A DNA stretch of 32,000 nt from Geotalea daltonii FRC-32 (GCF_000022265.1 NC_011979.1:3570001-3602000); one strand, 5' to 3'. Shown: positions 1 to 7,977, counted from the first letter of the stretch. Notes: generated by a model from the sequence alone, not told the origin. Translations and numbers: made by a program.

Positions 1-723
1 CAGCGGCTCGGCCCTTACCGGGAAAGGGTGGCGCAGGGCCTGGCACGGGCTCACCTTGTGGCAGCACCGACAGCAGCAATGCTCAATGCCGTGGAAACGA
101 GCTATCTGCCCCTGGCCAATACCAGGGTTATCTACAATGGACGCTGCCGGAAAAGGTACCGACCCGACAACAAGATAAATTTCATCCTCTCCGTGGGGAG
201 GATCTGGGATGAGGCAAAAAATATCAACGCCATCGCCGAGCTTGCCGGCTCTCTCCCCTGGCCCGTGTTCATAGCCGGTGAGCAAAAGCACCCGGAGGGG
301 GAAACGACCTTCCTGGACAACGTCAACCACCTGGGAAATCTTCCCCCGGCCAGGCTTGCTCCCTGGTTTGCGACGGCAGCCATATATGCCTTGCCGGCCC
401 GTTATGAGCCTTTCGGCCTGACCGTACTCGAAGCGGCCCTGTCAGGCTGCGCCCTGGTCCTGGGGGATATTCCGAGCCTGCGCGAATTATGGGAAGGAGC
501 GGCTGTCTTTGTGCCGCCCGATGACGCCGATGTTCTGGCCGATGTTCTCCAGTCCCTGTGTCAGGATCGCACTCTCCGGGAAAGAATGGCAGAGAAGGCT
601 TTTGAAAGAAGCCGCTTTTTCAACCCGGACAAAATGGCAGCGGAATATTTTGCCGCCTATCTTTCCCTGAATTCCGGCCTCCGCCGTCAGGCGCCAGATG
701 AAGCCGTGAACTTCAGCAGTTGA
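1..723 (+). CDS. Glycosyltransferase, GT-B/GT4-like, C-terminal fragment (5' end lies upstream of the window)
   Basis: Frame 1 is open from base 1. The translation carries a GT4-type C-terminal signature (ARYEPFGLTVLEAALSGCALV, EX7E-like). The stop TGA at 721-723 abuts the next gene. Confidence 0.8.
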   Translation, partial: QRLGPYRERVAQGLARAHLVAAPTAAMLNAVETSYLPLANTRVIYNGRCRKRYRPDNKINFILSVGRIWDEAKNINAIAELAGSLPWPVFIAGEQKHPEGETTFLDNVNHLGNLPPARLAPWFATAAIYALPARYEPFGLTVLEAALSGCALVLGDIPSLRELWEGAAVFVPPDDADVLADVLQSLCQDRTLRERMAEKAFERSRFFNPDKMAAEYFAAYLSLNSGLRRQAPDEAVNFSS

Positions 724-731
724 AAGGAACC

Positions 732-1868
732 ATGATGCGTATTGTAATGTTCTACCATTCCATAATATCCGACTGGAATCACGGCAATGCCCATTTCCTG
801 CGGGGAATAGTGACGGAACTTCTGGGGAGAGGCCATCAGGTGGAAGTTTATGAGCCGAAGGAAGGCTGGAGCCTTACCAATCTCCTGCGTGAACAGGGGG
901 AGATTGCCATCAGGCAGTTCCGCAGGATGTACCCGCTACTGGACAGTAAACAGTATGTTGCCGAACGTCTGAACCTGGACCAGATTTTTGAGGGGGCCGA
1001 CCTGGTAATAGTCCATGAATGGAACGACCACGAGGTTGTCAGGAAAATCGGCGAGCACCGGAAAAGAAACGGCTATTACCACCTCCTGTTCCACGACACC
1101 CATCACCGGTCGGTCACCGACTATGATTCCATGAACGCCTACGATCTGTCGGGCTACGATGGCGTACTGGCCTATGGTACCAAGATCAGGGACATCTACC
1201 TGAAAAGCGGCTGGACCAAGCGGGGCTGGGTCTGGCACGAGGCTGCGGATATCCAGGTCTTCCAGCCCCACAGCCCGATGGATTATGCCGGTGATGTGGT
1301 CTGGATCGGCAACTGGGGAGATGACGAGCGCAGCGAGGAAATCTGCGAGTTCTTTGTGGAGCCGGTGAAACGGCTCAAGTTGAAGGGGATGGTCTATGGG
1401 GTCAGGTACCCGGAAAAGGCCCTGAAGCTTCTGGAAAAAGCGGGCATTGAGTATGGAGGCTGGCTGCCCAATTTCGATGTGCCCAAGGTCTTCAACCGGT
1501 ACCGGCTGACCATGCACATACCGCGTCGTCCCTATGCCAGCGCCCTGCCCGGCATACCGACCATCAGGCCCTTCGAGGCCCTGGCATGCGGCATTCCGCT
1601 CATTTCGGCACCATGGTCAGACTGCGACAGGCTGTTCACGGCAGGGGAAGACCTGCTCTATGCCGAGGACGGCTTCCACATGGAAAGACAGATGAAGGCA
1701 GTCCTGGACCAGCCTTTGAAGACCGAACAGATGGTCAACCATGGCCTGAAGACCATCAGGGAGCGCCACACCTGCAGCCACAGGGTCGATGAGCTGCTGC
1801 GCATCTGCACAGAGTTGGGCATGGACACCAGCCTGCCCAGGAACAGGAAAATCGGGGGAAAAGGATGA
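732..1868 (+). CDS. CgeB/YkvP-like glycosyltransferase (Glyco_trans_1_2 type), paralog 1 of 3
   Basis: ATG at 732/735; the track start at 720 is a TTG overlapping the upstream stop. The N-terminus MRIVMFYHSIISDWNHGNAHFLRG and the C-terminal block RPFEALACGIPLIS...RERHTCSHR align by eye with the next two ORFs. Confidence 0.75.
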   Translation: MMRIVMFYHSIISDWNHGNAHFLRGIVTELLGRGHQVEVYEPKEGWSLTNLLREQGEIAIRQFRRMYPLLDSKQYVAERLNLDQIFEGADLVIVHEWNDHEVVRKIGEHRKRNGYYHLLFHDTHHRSVTDYDSMNAYDLSGYDGVLAYGTKIRDIYLKSGWTKRGWVWHEAADIQVFQPHSPMDYAGDVVWIGNWGDDERSEEICEFFVEPVKRLKLKGMVYGVRYPEKALKLLEKAGIEYGGWLPNFDVPKVFNRYRLTMHIPRRPYASALPGIPTIRPFEALACGIPLISAPWSDCDRLFTAGEDLLYAEDGFHMERQMKAVLDQPLKTEQMVNHGLKTIRERHTCSHRVDELLRICTELGMDTSLPRNRKIGGKG

Positions 1869-2974
1869 AAGGTTTTTCCATCGCATTTTTCGGGTCGAGC
1901 CTGGTCTCTTCCTACTGGAACGGAGCAGCCACCTATTACCGTGGCCTGATCTGCGCCCTCCATGCACGGGGCCACAGGGTAACTTTTTACGAGCCGGATG
2001 CCTTTGATCGGCAGCAGCACCGGGACATGGAAGATCCCCCCTGGGCGAAGGTACAGGTTTATTCGGCGACAGAGGAAGGTGTCTTTCGCTCTCTTGAAGC
2101 GGCCATGGGGGCAGATATAGTCGTCAAGGCCAGCGGCGTCGGGGTATTTGACGAGCTCCTGGAGAAAGAGGTGCTCTCCCTGAAGACGGCCGATAACAAA
2201 GTCGTTTTCTGGGATGTGGATGCCCCGGCAACCCTGGAGCGGATCAGTCACAATCCCCACGATCCTTTCCGCAGCCTCATTCCCGGCTATGACCTGATCC
2301 TCACCTATGGCGGCGGCGATCCCGTAGTTGACGGCTATGGCTCTTTCGGCGCCAGGGAATGCATCCCGGTCTACAACGCACTTGACCCGGACACCCATCA
2401 CCCGGTCCCCTCCGACCATCGTTTCTGTGCCGATCTGGCCTTTTTGGGCAATCGCCTCCCGGACCGGGAAAAACGGGTGGAGGAATTCTTTCTCAGAACC
2501 GCCGCCAGCCTTCCCCACAAAAGGTTTCTCCTGGCAGGAAGCGGCTGGGACGACAAACAGCGACCACGAAATGTGGACTACCTGGGGCATTTGGGGACGG
2601 CCAGTCACAACGCCTTCAACTGCAGCCCGCTGGCTGTTCTCAACATCAGCCGGGAAAGCATGGCGAAGAACGGCTTTTCACCCGCCACCAGGGTCTTCGA
2701 GGCGGCCGGTGCGGGAACATGCATCATCACCGACAGCTGGCAGGGGATCGAGCAGTTCTTTGAGCCGGGCAAGGAAATACTGGTAGCCGGCTCGGGGGAA
2801 GAAGTTGCGGATATTCTGGAACGCCTGACCCCCAGGGAAGCATCCATGGTCGGCCTGCATGCCTTCGCCAGGGTCCGGGCCGAGCATACCTATGCCCACC
2901 GGGCCAGGCAGGTGGAAGCCATTTTTATGGAAGAAGAATCGAGCATGGGCTCATATGCAGGAGGGGCAGCATGA
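1865..2974 (+). CDS. CgeB/YkvP-like glycosyltransferase, paralog 2 of 3
   Basis: ATGA start/stop overlap with the upstream gene (1865-1868). FFGSSLVSSYWNGAATYYRGL and NISRESMAKNGFSPATRVFEAAGAG...WQGIEQFFEPGKEIL are closely parallel to ORF 2971-4086. Confidence 0.8.
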   Translation: MKGFSIAFFGSSLVSSYWNGAATYYRGLICALHARGHRVTFYEPDAFDRQQHRDMEDPPWAKVQVYSATEEGVFRSLEAAMGADIVVKASGVGVFDELLEKEVLSLKTADNKVVFWDVDAPATLERISHNPHDPFRSLIPGYDLILTYGGGDPVVDGYGSFGARECIPVYNALDPDTHHPVPSDHRFCADLAFLGNRLPDREKRVEEFFLRTAASLPHKRFLLAGSGWDDKQRPRNVDYLGHLGTASHNAFNCSPLAVLNISRESMAKNGFSPATRVFEAAGAGTCIITDSWQGIEQFFEPGKEILVAGSGEEVADILERLTPREASMVGLHAFARVRAEHTYAHRARQVEAIFMEEESSMGSYAGGAA

Positions 2975-4086
2975 AAATAGTCATTTTCGGTCTTTCAATA
3001 ACATCCTCATGGGGAAACGGCCATGCCACAACCTATCGGGGGCTGGTGCGGGAACTGGCAAAGCTCGGCCATGAGATACTGTTCCTGGAGCGGGACGTGC
3101 CGTGGTACGCAACGAGCCGGGATCTCCCCTCCCCCCCCTATTGCCGGACGGTGCTCTATAACTCGGTGGATCTGCTCCTGAGTGACTACGGACGAGAGAT
3201 CATCGAAGCCGACTGTGTCATCGTCGGCTCCTATGTGCCGGACGGCATCGAAATCGGCAGATGGGTGACACGCAAGGCCAAGGGCATCACCGCCTTCTAT
3301 GACATCGACACGCCGGTGACCCTGGCAAAACTGGAACGGGGGGACTGTGAATACCTCAACCCCGAACTGATACCCATCTACCGTCTCTACCTTTCCTTTA
3401 CCGGCGGGCAGATCCTGGAGCGCATCAGGGAACAGTATGGGGCACGGGAAGCAGTGCCGCTCTATTGCTCGGTGGACCCGGAGGTTCATTACCCCATGCA
3501 GCAGCCTGCCAGATGGGACCTGGGCTACCTGGGCACCTACAGCACCGATCGTCAGTCCCCCCTGGAGCGCATGCTCTGCGAAACCGCCAACCTTTGGAAA
3601 GAAGGACGTTTCGTCGTCGCCGGCGCCCAGTATCCGGCGGGAATCGCCTGGCCGGACAACATGAAACACATCGAGCATCTCCCCCCGGAGCAGCATCGGG
3701 ATTTCTATAGTGCCCAGCGTTTTACCCTCAATATCACCAGAAAATACATGATCCAGGCAGGCTATTCCCCCAGCGTCCGCCTGTTCGAGGCGGCTGCCTG
3801 CGCCGTGCCGGTCATCAGCGACCAGTGGCCCGGCATCGAGGAGTTTTTCATCCCCGGCGAGGAGATCCTTTTGGCCTCCACAGCCGAAGAGGTACTGGGT
3901 TATCTGCGGGAGTTGTCCGATGAGGACCGTCAGGCCATGGGCCAGCGGGCTCGCAAGAGGGTGCTCCGGTCACACACCGCCGGACGCAGGGCGACCGAAC
4001 TTTTAAACTACATCGCCGGCTGTGAACAATTCAGAAGTAAACTTCCTTTATCAGGTGGTACCCATTATGGACTATGCCGATTCTGA
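2971..4086 (+). CDS. CgeB/YkvP-like glycosyltransferase, paralog 3 of 3
   Basis: ATGA overlap at 2971-2974. IFGLSITSSWGNGHATTYRGL and NITRKYMIQAGYSPSVRLFEAAACAVPVISDQWPGIEEFFIPGEEIL match paralog 2. Confidence 0.8.
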   Translation: MKIVIFGLSITSSWGNGHATTYRGLVRELAKLGHEILFLERDVPWYATSRDLPSPPYCRTVLYNSVDLLLSDYGREIIEADCVIVGSYVPDGIEIGRWVTRKAKGITAFYDIDTPVTLAKLERGDCEYLNPELIPIYRLYLSFTGGQILERIREQYGAREAVPLYCSVDPEVHYPMQQPARWDLGYLGTYSTDRQSPLERMLCETANLWKEGRFVVAGAQYPAGIAWPDNMKHIEHLPPEQHRDFYSAQRFTLNITRKYMIQAGYSPSVRLFEAAACAVPVISDQWPGIEEFFIPGEEILLASTAEEVLGYLRELSDEDRQAMGQRARKRVLRSHTAGRRATELLNYIAGCEQFRSKLPLSGGTHYGLCRF

Positions 4087-4852
4087 CGGTATTTCCGACA
4101 AAATAAAAGCCCTTTCCCCCTGGTTCCACAACCTGCACTTCGAGGATGGCACCCAGACCGCGCCGGACCATTTCCTGGGGGATTTCCCCAGATTCAAGTG
4201 GCTGCAGCTGGCACCCTTCATACCGGAGGATTTGAGCGGCTGCCATGCCCTGGATATCGGCTGCAATGCGGGGTTTTATACCTTCGAGTTGGCCAGGCGC
4301 GGGGCAGAGGTGACCGGTATCGACATTGACCAGCGCTACCTGGAGCAGGCCGACTGGGCGGCCCGGCAATACGGGCTTCAGGACAGGGTAACCTTCAGGC
4401 AGATGCAGGTCTACGACTTGGCGCGGGAGAAGGGAGAGTACGATCTGGTCCTCTTCATGGGTGTCTTCTATCATCTGCGCTATCCGCTGCTGGCCCTGGA
4501 CATCATCGCCCAGAAGGTAAAGGGAATGATGGTCTTCCAGACCCTGGCCATGCCCGGCAAGGAGATCTACAAGCAGGTGGACCACCCCATCAACGAAAGG
4601 GCTTCCCTTCTTGAGCCCGGCTGGCCCAAGATGGCCTTCATCGAATACCGCTTTGCAGGCGATCCCACCAACTGGTGGATACCCAATCACGCCGCCGTAG
4701 AGTCTTTGCTCAGATCAGCCGGCATGCGCATCACCGGCTATCCCGGACACGAAATATACCTCTGCGAACCAGACCATGAGGCGCCATCGTGCATCAGCAC
4801 CTGGAACCGGGAGGAGTACCTGGCGGCGCTGGGGGAAAATCCGGGCCGGTGA
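4067..4852 (+). CDS. Class I SAM-dependent methyltransferase, CmoB/DUF1698-like
   Basis: Motif I ALDIGCNAGFYTFELARRGA, an acidic post-I residue (TGIDID), and LFMGVFYHLRYP. ATG 4067 (alternative 4022) overlaps the end of the preceding gene. Confidence 0.8.
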   Translation: MDYADSDGISDKIKALSPWFHNLHFEDGTQTAPDHFLGDFPRFKWLQLAPFIPEDLSGCHALDIGCNAGFYTFELARRGAEVTGIDIDQRYLEQADWAARQYGLQDRVTFRQMQVYDLAREKGEYDLVLFMGVFYHLRYPLLALDIIAQKVKGMMVFQTLAMPGKEIYKQVDHPINERASLLEPGWPKMAFIEYRFAGDPTNWWIPNHAAVESLLRSAGMRITGYPGHEIYLCEPDHEAPSCISTWNREEYLAALGENPGR

Positions 4853-4877
4853 AAACCTCGATTTTAATCCGCGTTTT

Positions 4878-4913
4878 CCATGGCTGGGCAGCAATGCCCG
4901 GCCATTTATTTTT
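4878..4913 (+). terminator. Rho-independent terminator of the GT/methyltransferase operon
   Basis: Hairpin CCATGGCTGGGCA / ATGCCCGGCCAT followed by TTATTTTT, 26 nt after the stop codon. Confidence 0.7.
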
Positions 4914-5033
4914 CCCACCTCTTGCTTCTCACCCAATACTGATTTTAATTTTTCCAATTGAGTTGCACACATTTTTGGTGTAGTGATTGTGGTGGCTGGC
5001 ACTTGGTTGTTAATCGGCAGAAAAATCCCACCA

Positions 5034-5109
5034 GATGGGAATAATCCGTACTATGGCCCCAGATTTCTCCTGATGGGAATAATCCGTACTATGTCCCCAG
5101 ATTTCTCCT
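5034..5109 (+). repeat. Tandem direct repeat, 2 x 38 bp
   Basis: GATGGGAATAATCCGTACTATG[G/T]CCCCAGATTTCTCCT occurs at 5034-5071 and 5072-5109 with one mismatch. Confidence 0.95.
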
Positions 5110-5137
5110 TCGAAGTGAAGTTCGAAAGGAACAGATG

Positions 5138-5195
5138 GTTCAACCAGCGCCAAGACCGGTCTAAAAACCGCCGGTCAGGCTTTTGGACGTTGGTC
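5138..5195 (+). repeat. attC-like imperfect palindrome (copy 0 of a 3-member family)
   Basis: GTTCAAC-CAG-...GACCGG-TCTAAAAACCG-CCGGTC...-GTTGGTC. The outer AAC/GTT cores are complementary and there is an inner stem with bulges. Confidence 0.55.
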
Positions 5196-5202
5196 AAAAA
5201 AT

Positions 5203-5685
5203 ATGAGAAAAGAAAAACTACAAAAATTCCCATCCGAATCTACCCTTGAAGTCGCCAGTGGAGCAATTATTACGTTGGGCATCTACTTGCTTTTTTGGCG
5301 ACGTAACCACGGTAGAGCGATCAATCAACTTCTGCCTGAAAACCAGATAAGTGAAAAGTGGTATACCACATGCCTTTGGCTGAAAATCGCTATTGCTGCA
5401 TTTGCCGTAACTAAAATATTTGTTCCACATCCTGCTGTTAAAATTATTCTTCAACATTTAGGAAACGTCAGCTGGGTCTTGGAAATCATCTGGAACTTTA
5501 AAATCAGAAGCAGAATGAACTTAATTCTTGAAAGCCAATGGAAGACATCATCATGGTACAGCGCTTGTTGGACTTTCATATTTGGCGCTATTTACCTGCA
5601 ATACAAGCTGAACTGCCTCAAGAAGGAAGAAGGCCTGAGTATTGAGCCGGATAAAAATATCGATTTAGCCCAAAAGGCTGACTAA
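5203..5685 (+). CDS. Small integral membrane protein, DUF4234-like
   Basis: AT-rich ORF starting 13 nt after the GTT core at 5189. It has hydrophobic segments, and TLGIYLLFWRRNHGRAINQ and FGAIYLQYKLNCL resemble the two signature blocks I remember for DUF4234. Confidence 0.55.
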   Translation: MRKEKLQKFPSESTLEVASGAIITLGIYLLFWRRNHGRAINQLLPENQISEKWYTTCLWLKIAIAAFAVTKIFVPHPAVKIILQHLGNVSWVLEIIWNFKIRSRMNLILESQWKTSSWYSACWTFIFGAIYLQYKLNCLKKEEGLSIEPDKNIDLAQKAD

Positions 5686-5709
5686 GTCTTGATAATCAAT
5701 AGAGGCGAT

Positions 5710-5782
5710 TCCCAACCAGCCCCATGGACGCCGACCGCCATAAAACCCTGGGCGGGCGGGTCATGGGGGCACCCCGTTGGTC
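5710..5782 (+). repeat. attC-like imperfect palindrome (copy A)
   Basis: TCCCAAC-CAG-CCCCATGGACGCCGACCGCC-ATAAAACCCTG-GGCGGGCGGGTCATGGGGG-CACCCC-GTTGGTC. It is homologous to copies at 5138 and 10097, with different but still complementary stems. Confidence 0.6.
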
Positions 5783-5800
5783 GTAGGAAAAGGAGAGCAG

Positions 5801-6079
5801 ATGAAAACCGAAGAAATTGAAGAGATCAGAAAAGAAGTTGCAAAAGTGGCTCACATTTTAGCAACACCTATTGATTTCGATAAGTTAATAAGTGATGGCC
5901 TGCTCAAACAAGTCGGCACATCATACTACACAGACAACGTGCATGCGCTTCCGGAAAATATTTCAAAAAAAATAAAAACCTTCACCCCGACAAAAAAAGG
6001 GCTGAAGCTGACATTCTACAAAGAAACCAAAAAGATGATAAAGCTAGCAAAAGACACAGAGCATTTACGAGATAAATGA
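5801..6079 (+). CDS. Hypothetical protein (92 aa, Lys-rich)
   Basis: ATG 5801 is preceded by AAAGGAGAG. The track start at 5777 is the TTG of the GTTGGTC core. No family recognised. Confidence 0.5.
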   Translation: MKTEEIEEIRKEVAKVAHILATPIDFDKLISDGLLKQVGTSYYTDNVHALPENISKKIKTFTPTKKGLKLTFYKETKKMIKLAKDTEHLRDK

Positions 6080-6134
6080 TTTAAACGAGTCAGCACCTTG
6101 AACTAAAGGATTTTTCCGTGAAGGGGTAAGGTCA

Positions 6135-6587
6135 ATGAATACAGCTCTCATTGCAGGCTTATTTGCTTTTATAGGAGGTATCATTGGGCAGCTTCTAAAC
6201 CGAAACACACAACGGGAAACGTGGCTTTTACAAAAAAGGGCAGAGGTATTCTCTGAATATCTTGCTGCTGTTGAAAAGTATAATCAGGAATTATCAAAAA
6301 TTGTAGAAATGAATCTCAATAGTTCAGAAGAATGGAGACTAAGAACCGATGCAAGGAACGCGGTGAGAATATCTGAAAAGATTGTCTGTTTATATTTATC
6401 AGACGATAACAAAGAAGAGTTCAGAACTTTAGTTGAAAATTACTTTGACTTTGAACCTGATATTTATACGGATGGCGTTTTTGACACAGACAAATTAAAA
6501 ACATGTTGGGACCCACATTTTAAGATCGAAGATAACATCCAGAAGTTATTTGAAAAAAATATCTCTGATATATCTTGGTATAAGTAA
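6135..6587 (+). CDS. Hypothetical protein with a single N-terminal transmembrane helix (150 aa)
   Basis: MNTALIAGLFAFIGGIIGQLL is followed by a helical soluble part. AAGGGGTAAGG upstream is RBS-like. No family recognised. Confidence 0.5.
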   Translation: MNTALIAGLFAFIGGIIGQLLNRNTQRETWLLQKRAEVFSEYLAAVEKYNQELSKIVEMNLNSSEEWRLRTDARNAVRISEKIVCLYLSDDNKEEFRTLVENYFDFEPDIYTDGVFDTDKLKTCWDPHFKIEDNIQKLFEKNISDISWYK

Positions 6588-6632
6588 AAATAATGGAGCG
6601 GTGAAGCACGCTCACCGCCCACGACGTTGGAA
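6588..6632 (+). other. Degenerate attC-like site
   Basis: Hairpin GGAGCGGTGA/TCACCGCCC, a 5-nt spacer, then GTTGGAA. The 3' half matches the family, but the 5' core reads AAATAAT instead of ..AAC. Confidence 0.3.
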
Positions 6633-6660
6633 GCATAGAAAAGACTTCATCGGGGTACAA

Positions 6661-7020
6661 ATGAGAAAGTCAGGTTTTGTCGGAGAGCAAGAAATCTATC
6701 TTGTTAAAGGATACGCTGGGGTGCTTTCTTGGATTAGTAACGTTAAAAGCACAGAGAGATTTACTGACATAGAATTGATTTTTTATTCTACTGTTTTTCA
6801 ATCAGGGATACAGCAGTATATTTTCCCAGAGTCTGTTTCCGATAGAACATCGACTGTTAGTTTCGTCAAGAATGGGACGAATTCCGGGACGAATTCCGGG
6901 GACACCTTACTTGGACGAATTCCGGGGACACCTAATGACGAATTCCGGGGACTGACGAATTCCGGGGACGACGAATTCCCAACGAATTCCGGCAACGAAT
7001 TCCGGGGACACCTTACTTAA
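6661..7020 (+). CDS. Possible cassette ORF whose 3' part runs into the REP array (probably disrupted)
   Basis: ATG 6661 in an open frame. From about 6878 the translation is just repeat-encoded (TNSGTNSGD...EFRG). No RBS is evident. Confidence 0.2.
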   Translation: MRKSGFVGEQEIYLVKGYAGVLSWISNVKSTERFTDIELIFYSTVFQSGIQQYIFPESVSDRTSTVSFVKNGTNSGTNSGDTLLGRIPGTPNDEFRGLTNSGDDEFPTNSGNEFRGHLT

Positions 7021-7150
7021 TTACCGGCAACGAATTCCGGGGACACCTTACTTAATTACCACTTGACTTATAAGAAGCATTAAATTAATTTCTGCACATG
7101 GCACGTATCGCTCGCGTCAACGAATTCCGGGGACACCTTACTTAATTACC
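6878..7150 (+). repeat. REP-like array, left side of the RAYT gene (10 copies of the ACGAATTCC(GGGGA) core)
   Basis: The core is counted by eye at irregular 12-35 nt spacing. Three long copies read GGCAACGAATTCCGGGGACACCTTACTTAATTACC (6991, 7026, 7118). Confidence 0.9.
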
Positions 7151-7207
7151 ACTTGACTTATAAGAAGCATTAAATTAATTTCTGCACATGGCACGTATCG
7201 CTCGCGT
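7028..7207 (+). repeat. Perfect 90-bp tandem duplication covering the REP copy, promoter and first 20 nt of the RAYT CDS
   Basis: 7028-7117 is identical to 7118-7207 (90/90 by eye). Confidence 0.95.
7153..7181 (+). promoter_or_regulatory. Putative sigma70 promoter of the RAYT gene (near-leaderless)
   Basis: TTGACT (7153-7158), a 17-nt spacer, then TAATTT (7176-7181). The ATG lies 7 nt downstream with no visible RBS. The same module is duplicated at 7063-7091. Confidence 0.4.
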
Positions 7208-7850
7208 AATAGCAACCGGCATCCCTCACCATGTTACTCAACGTGGCAATCGGCGATTGACAACCTTCTTCGGAGATGAGGACTACCAGAGCTATATTGA
7301 TCTCATGGCCGAATGGTGCCGGAAGTGTGGTGTGGAAATATGGGCATACTGTCTGATGCCTAATCATGTGCATCTTATCGCCGTGCCGGAGAGTGAAGAC
7401 GGGTTGCGGAGAGGGATTGGAGAAGCACACAGGCGATATAGTCGGATGGTTAACTTCCGGCAAGATTGGCGAGGGCATCTCTGGCAAGGAAGATTTGCCT
7501 CCTTTCCGATGGATGAATCCTATCTTTTAGCAGCGGCCCGATATGTAGAAATGAATCCAGTACGAGCCCACCTTGTACCGGAACCGGAATTATGGCCCTG
7601 GAGCAGCGCACGAGCGCATATGGCGGGCGCAGATGATCAATTGGTAAAGGTGGCCCCGCTTCTGGAGATGGTTGGGGATTGGAAACTTTTTCTTAGTGCA
7701 GCAACTGATGAAGAGATGGAAAAGATAAGACGCCACGAGCGAACCGGCAGACCTTTGGGTTCAGACGGTTTTGTAAATCAACTGGAGTCGGCCCTGGACC
7801 GCATGCTGACGCGCGGAAAGCCAGGCCCAAGGGGCAGGAGAATTAAGTAA
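7188..7850 (+). CDS. REP-associated tyrosine transposase (RAYT, IS200-like Y1/HUH, COG1943-type)
   Basis: GIPHHVTQRGNRR, HUH motif LMPNHVHLI, GHLWQGRF, and the catalytic Tyr block ARYVEMNPVRA..WPWSS. The gene is flanked by inverted repeats. Confidence 0.85.
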   Translation: MARIARVIATGIPHHVTQRGNRRLTTFFGDEDYQSYIDLMAEWCRKCGVEIWAYCLMPNHVHLIAVPESEDGLRRGIGEAHRRYSRMVNFRQDWRGHLWQGRFASFPMDESYLLAAARYVEMNPVRAHLVPEPELWPWSSARAHMAGADDQLVKVAPLLEMVGDWKLFLSAATDEEMEKIRRHERTGRPLGSDGFVNQLESALDRMLTRGKPGPRGRRIK

Positions 7851-7929
7851 GGTGTCCCCCGAATTCCGTCCCGCGCGGAAAGCCAGGCCCAAGGGGCAGG
7901 AGAATTAAGTAAGGTGTCCCCCGAATTCC
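7811..7929 (+). repeat. 62-bp-period tandem duplication of the RAYT 3' end plus right inverted repeat
   Basis: 7811-7867 is identical to 7873-7929 (57/57), including the last codons, the stop and the inverted repeat. Confidence 0.95.
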
Positions 7930-7976
7930 TCCCCCGAATTCCGTCCCCCGAATTCCCAGTCCCCCGAATTCCCGTC
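7841..7976 (-). repeat. REP-like array, right side of RAYT (5 copies, inverted relative to the left array)
   Basis: TCCCCCGAATTCC cores lie at about 7857, 7919, 7932, 7946 and 7963. Confidence 0.9.
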
Positions 7977-7977
7977 C

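Larger units (their letters stand above)
7122..7866 (+). mobile_element. RAYT unit bounded by 26-bp inverted repeats
   Basis: The left repeat GAATTCCGGGGACACCTTACTTAATT (7122-7147) matches the reverse complement of 7841-7866 at 25/26 positions. The right repeat contains the RAYT stop codon. Confidence 0.7.

Noticed and set aside
6084-6132. A possible attC between ORFs 5801-6079 and 6135-6587 (TTTAAAC-GAG...GTAAGGT)
   Set aside because: There is no GTT core, only a 4-bp stem, and it is too short. I therefore treated the two ORFs as one cassette.
6550-6660. The N-terminal part of track ORF 6550-7020, overlapping the end of ORF 6135-6587
   Set aside because: It overlaps a better-supported gene and crosses the hairpin/GTTGGAA element. 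If anything is coding, it starts at ATG 6661.
6878-7976. The short-repeat arrays as a possible CRISPR
   Set aside because: Repeat spacing is irregular (about 12-35 nt). The units are only 12-35 nt and partly overlapping. There are no unique spacers of constant length. The two arrays are in inverted orientation around a transposase gene.
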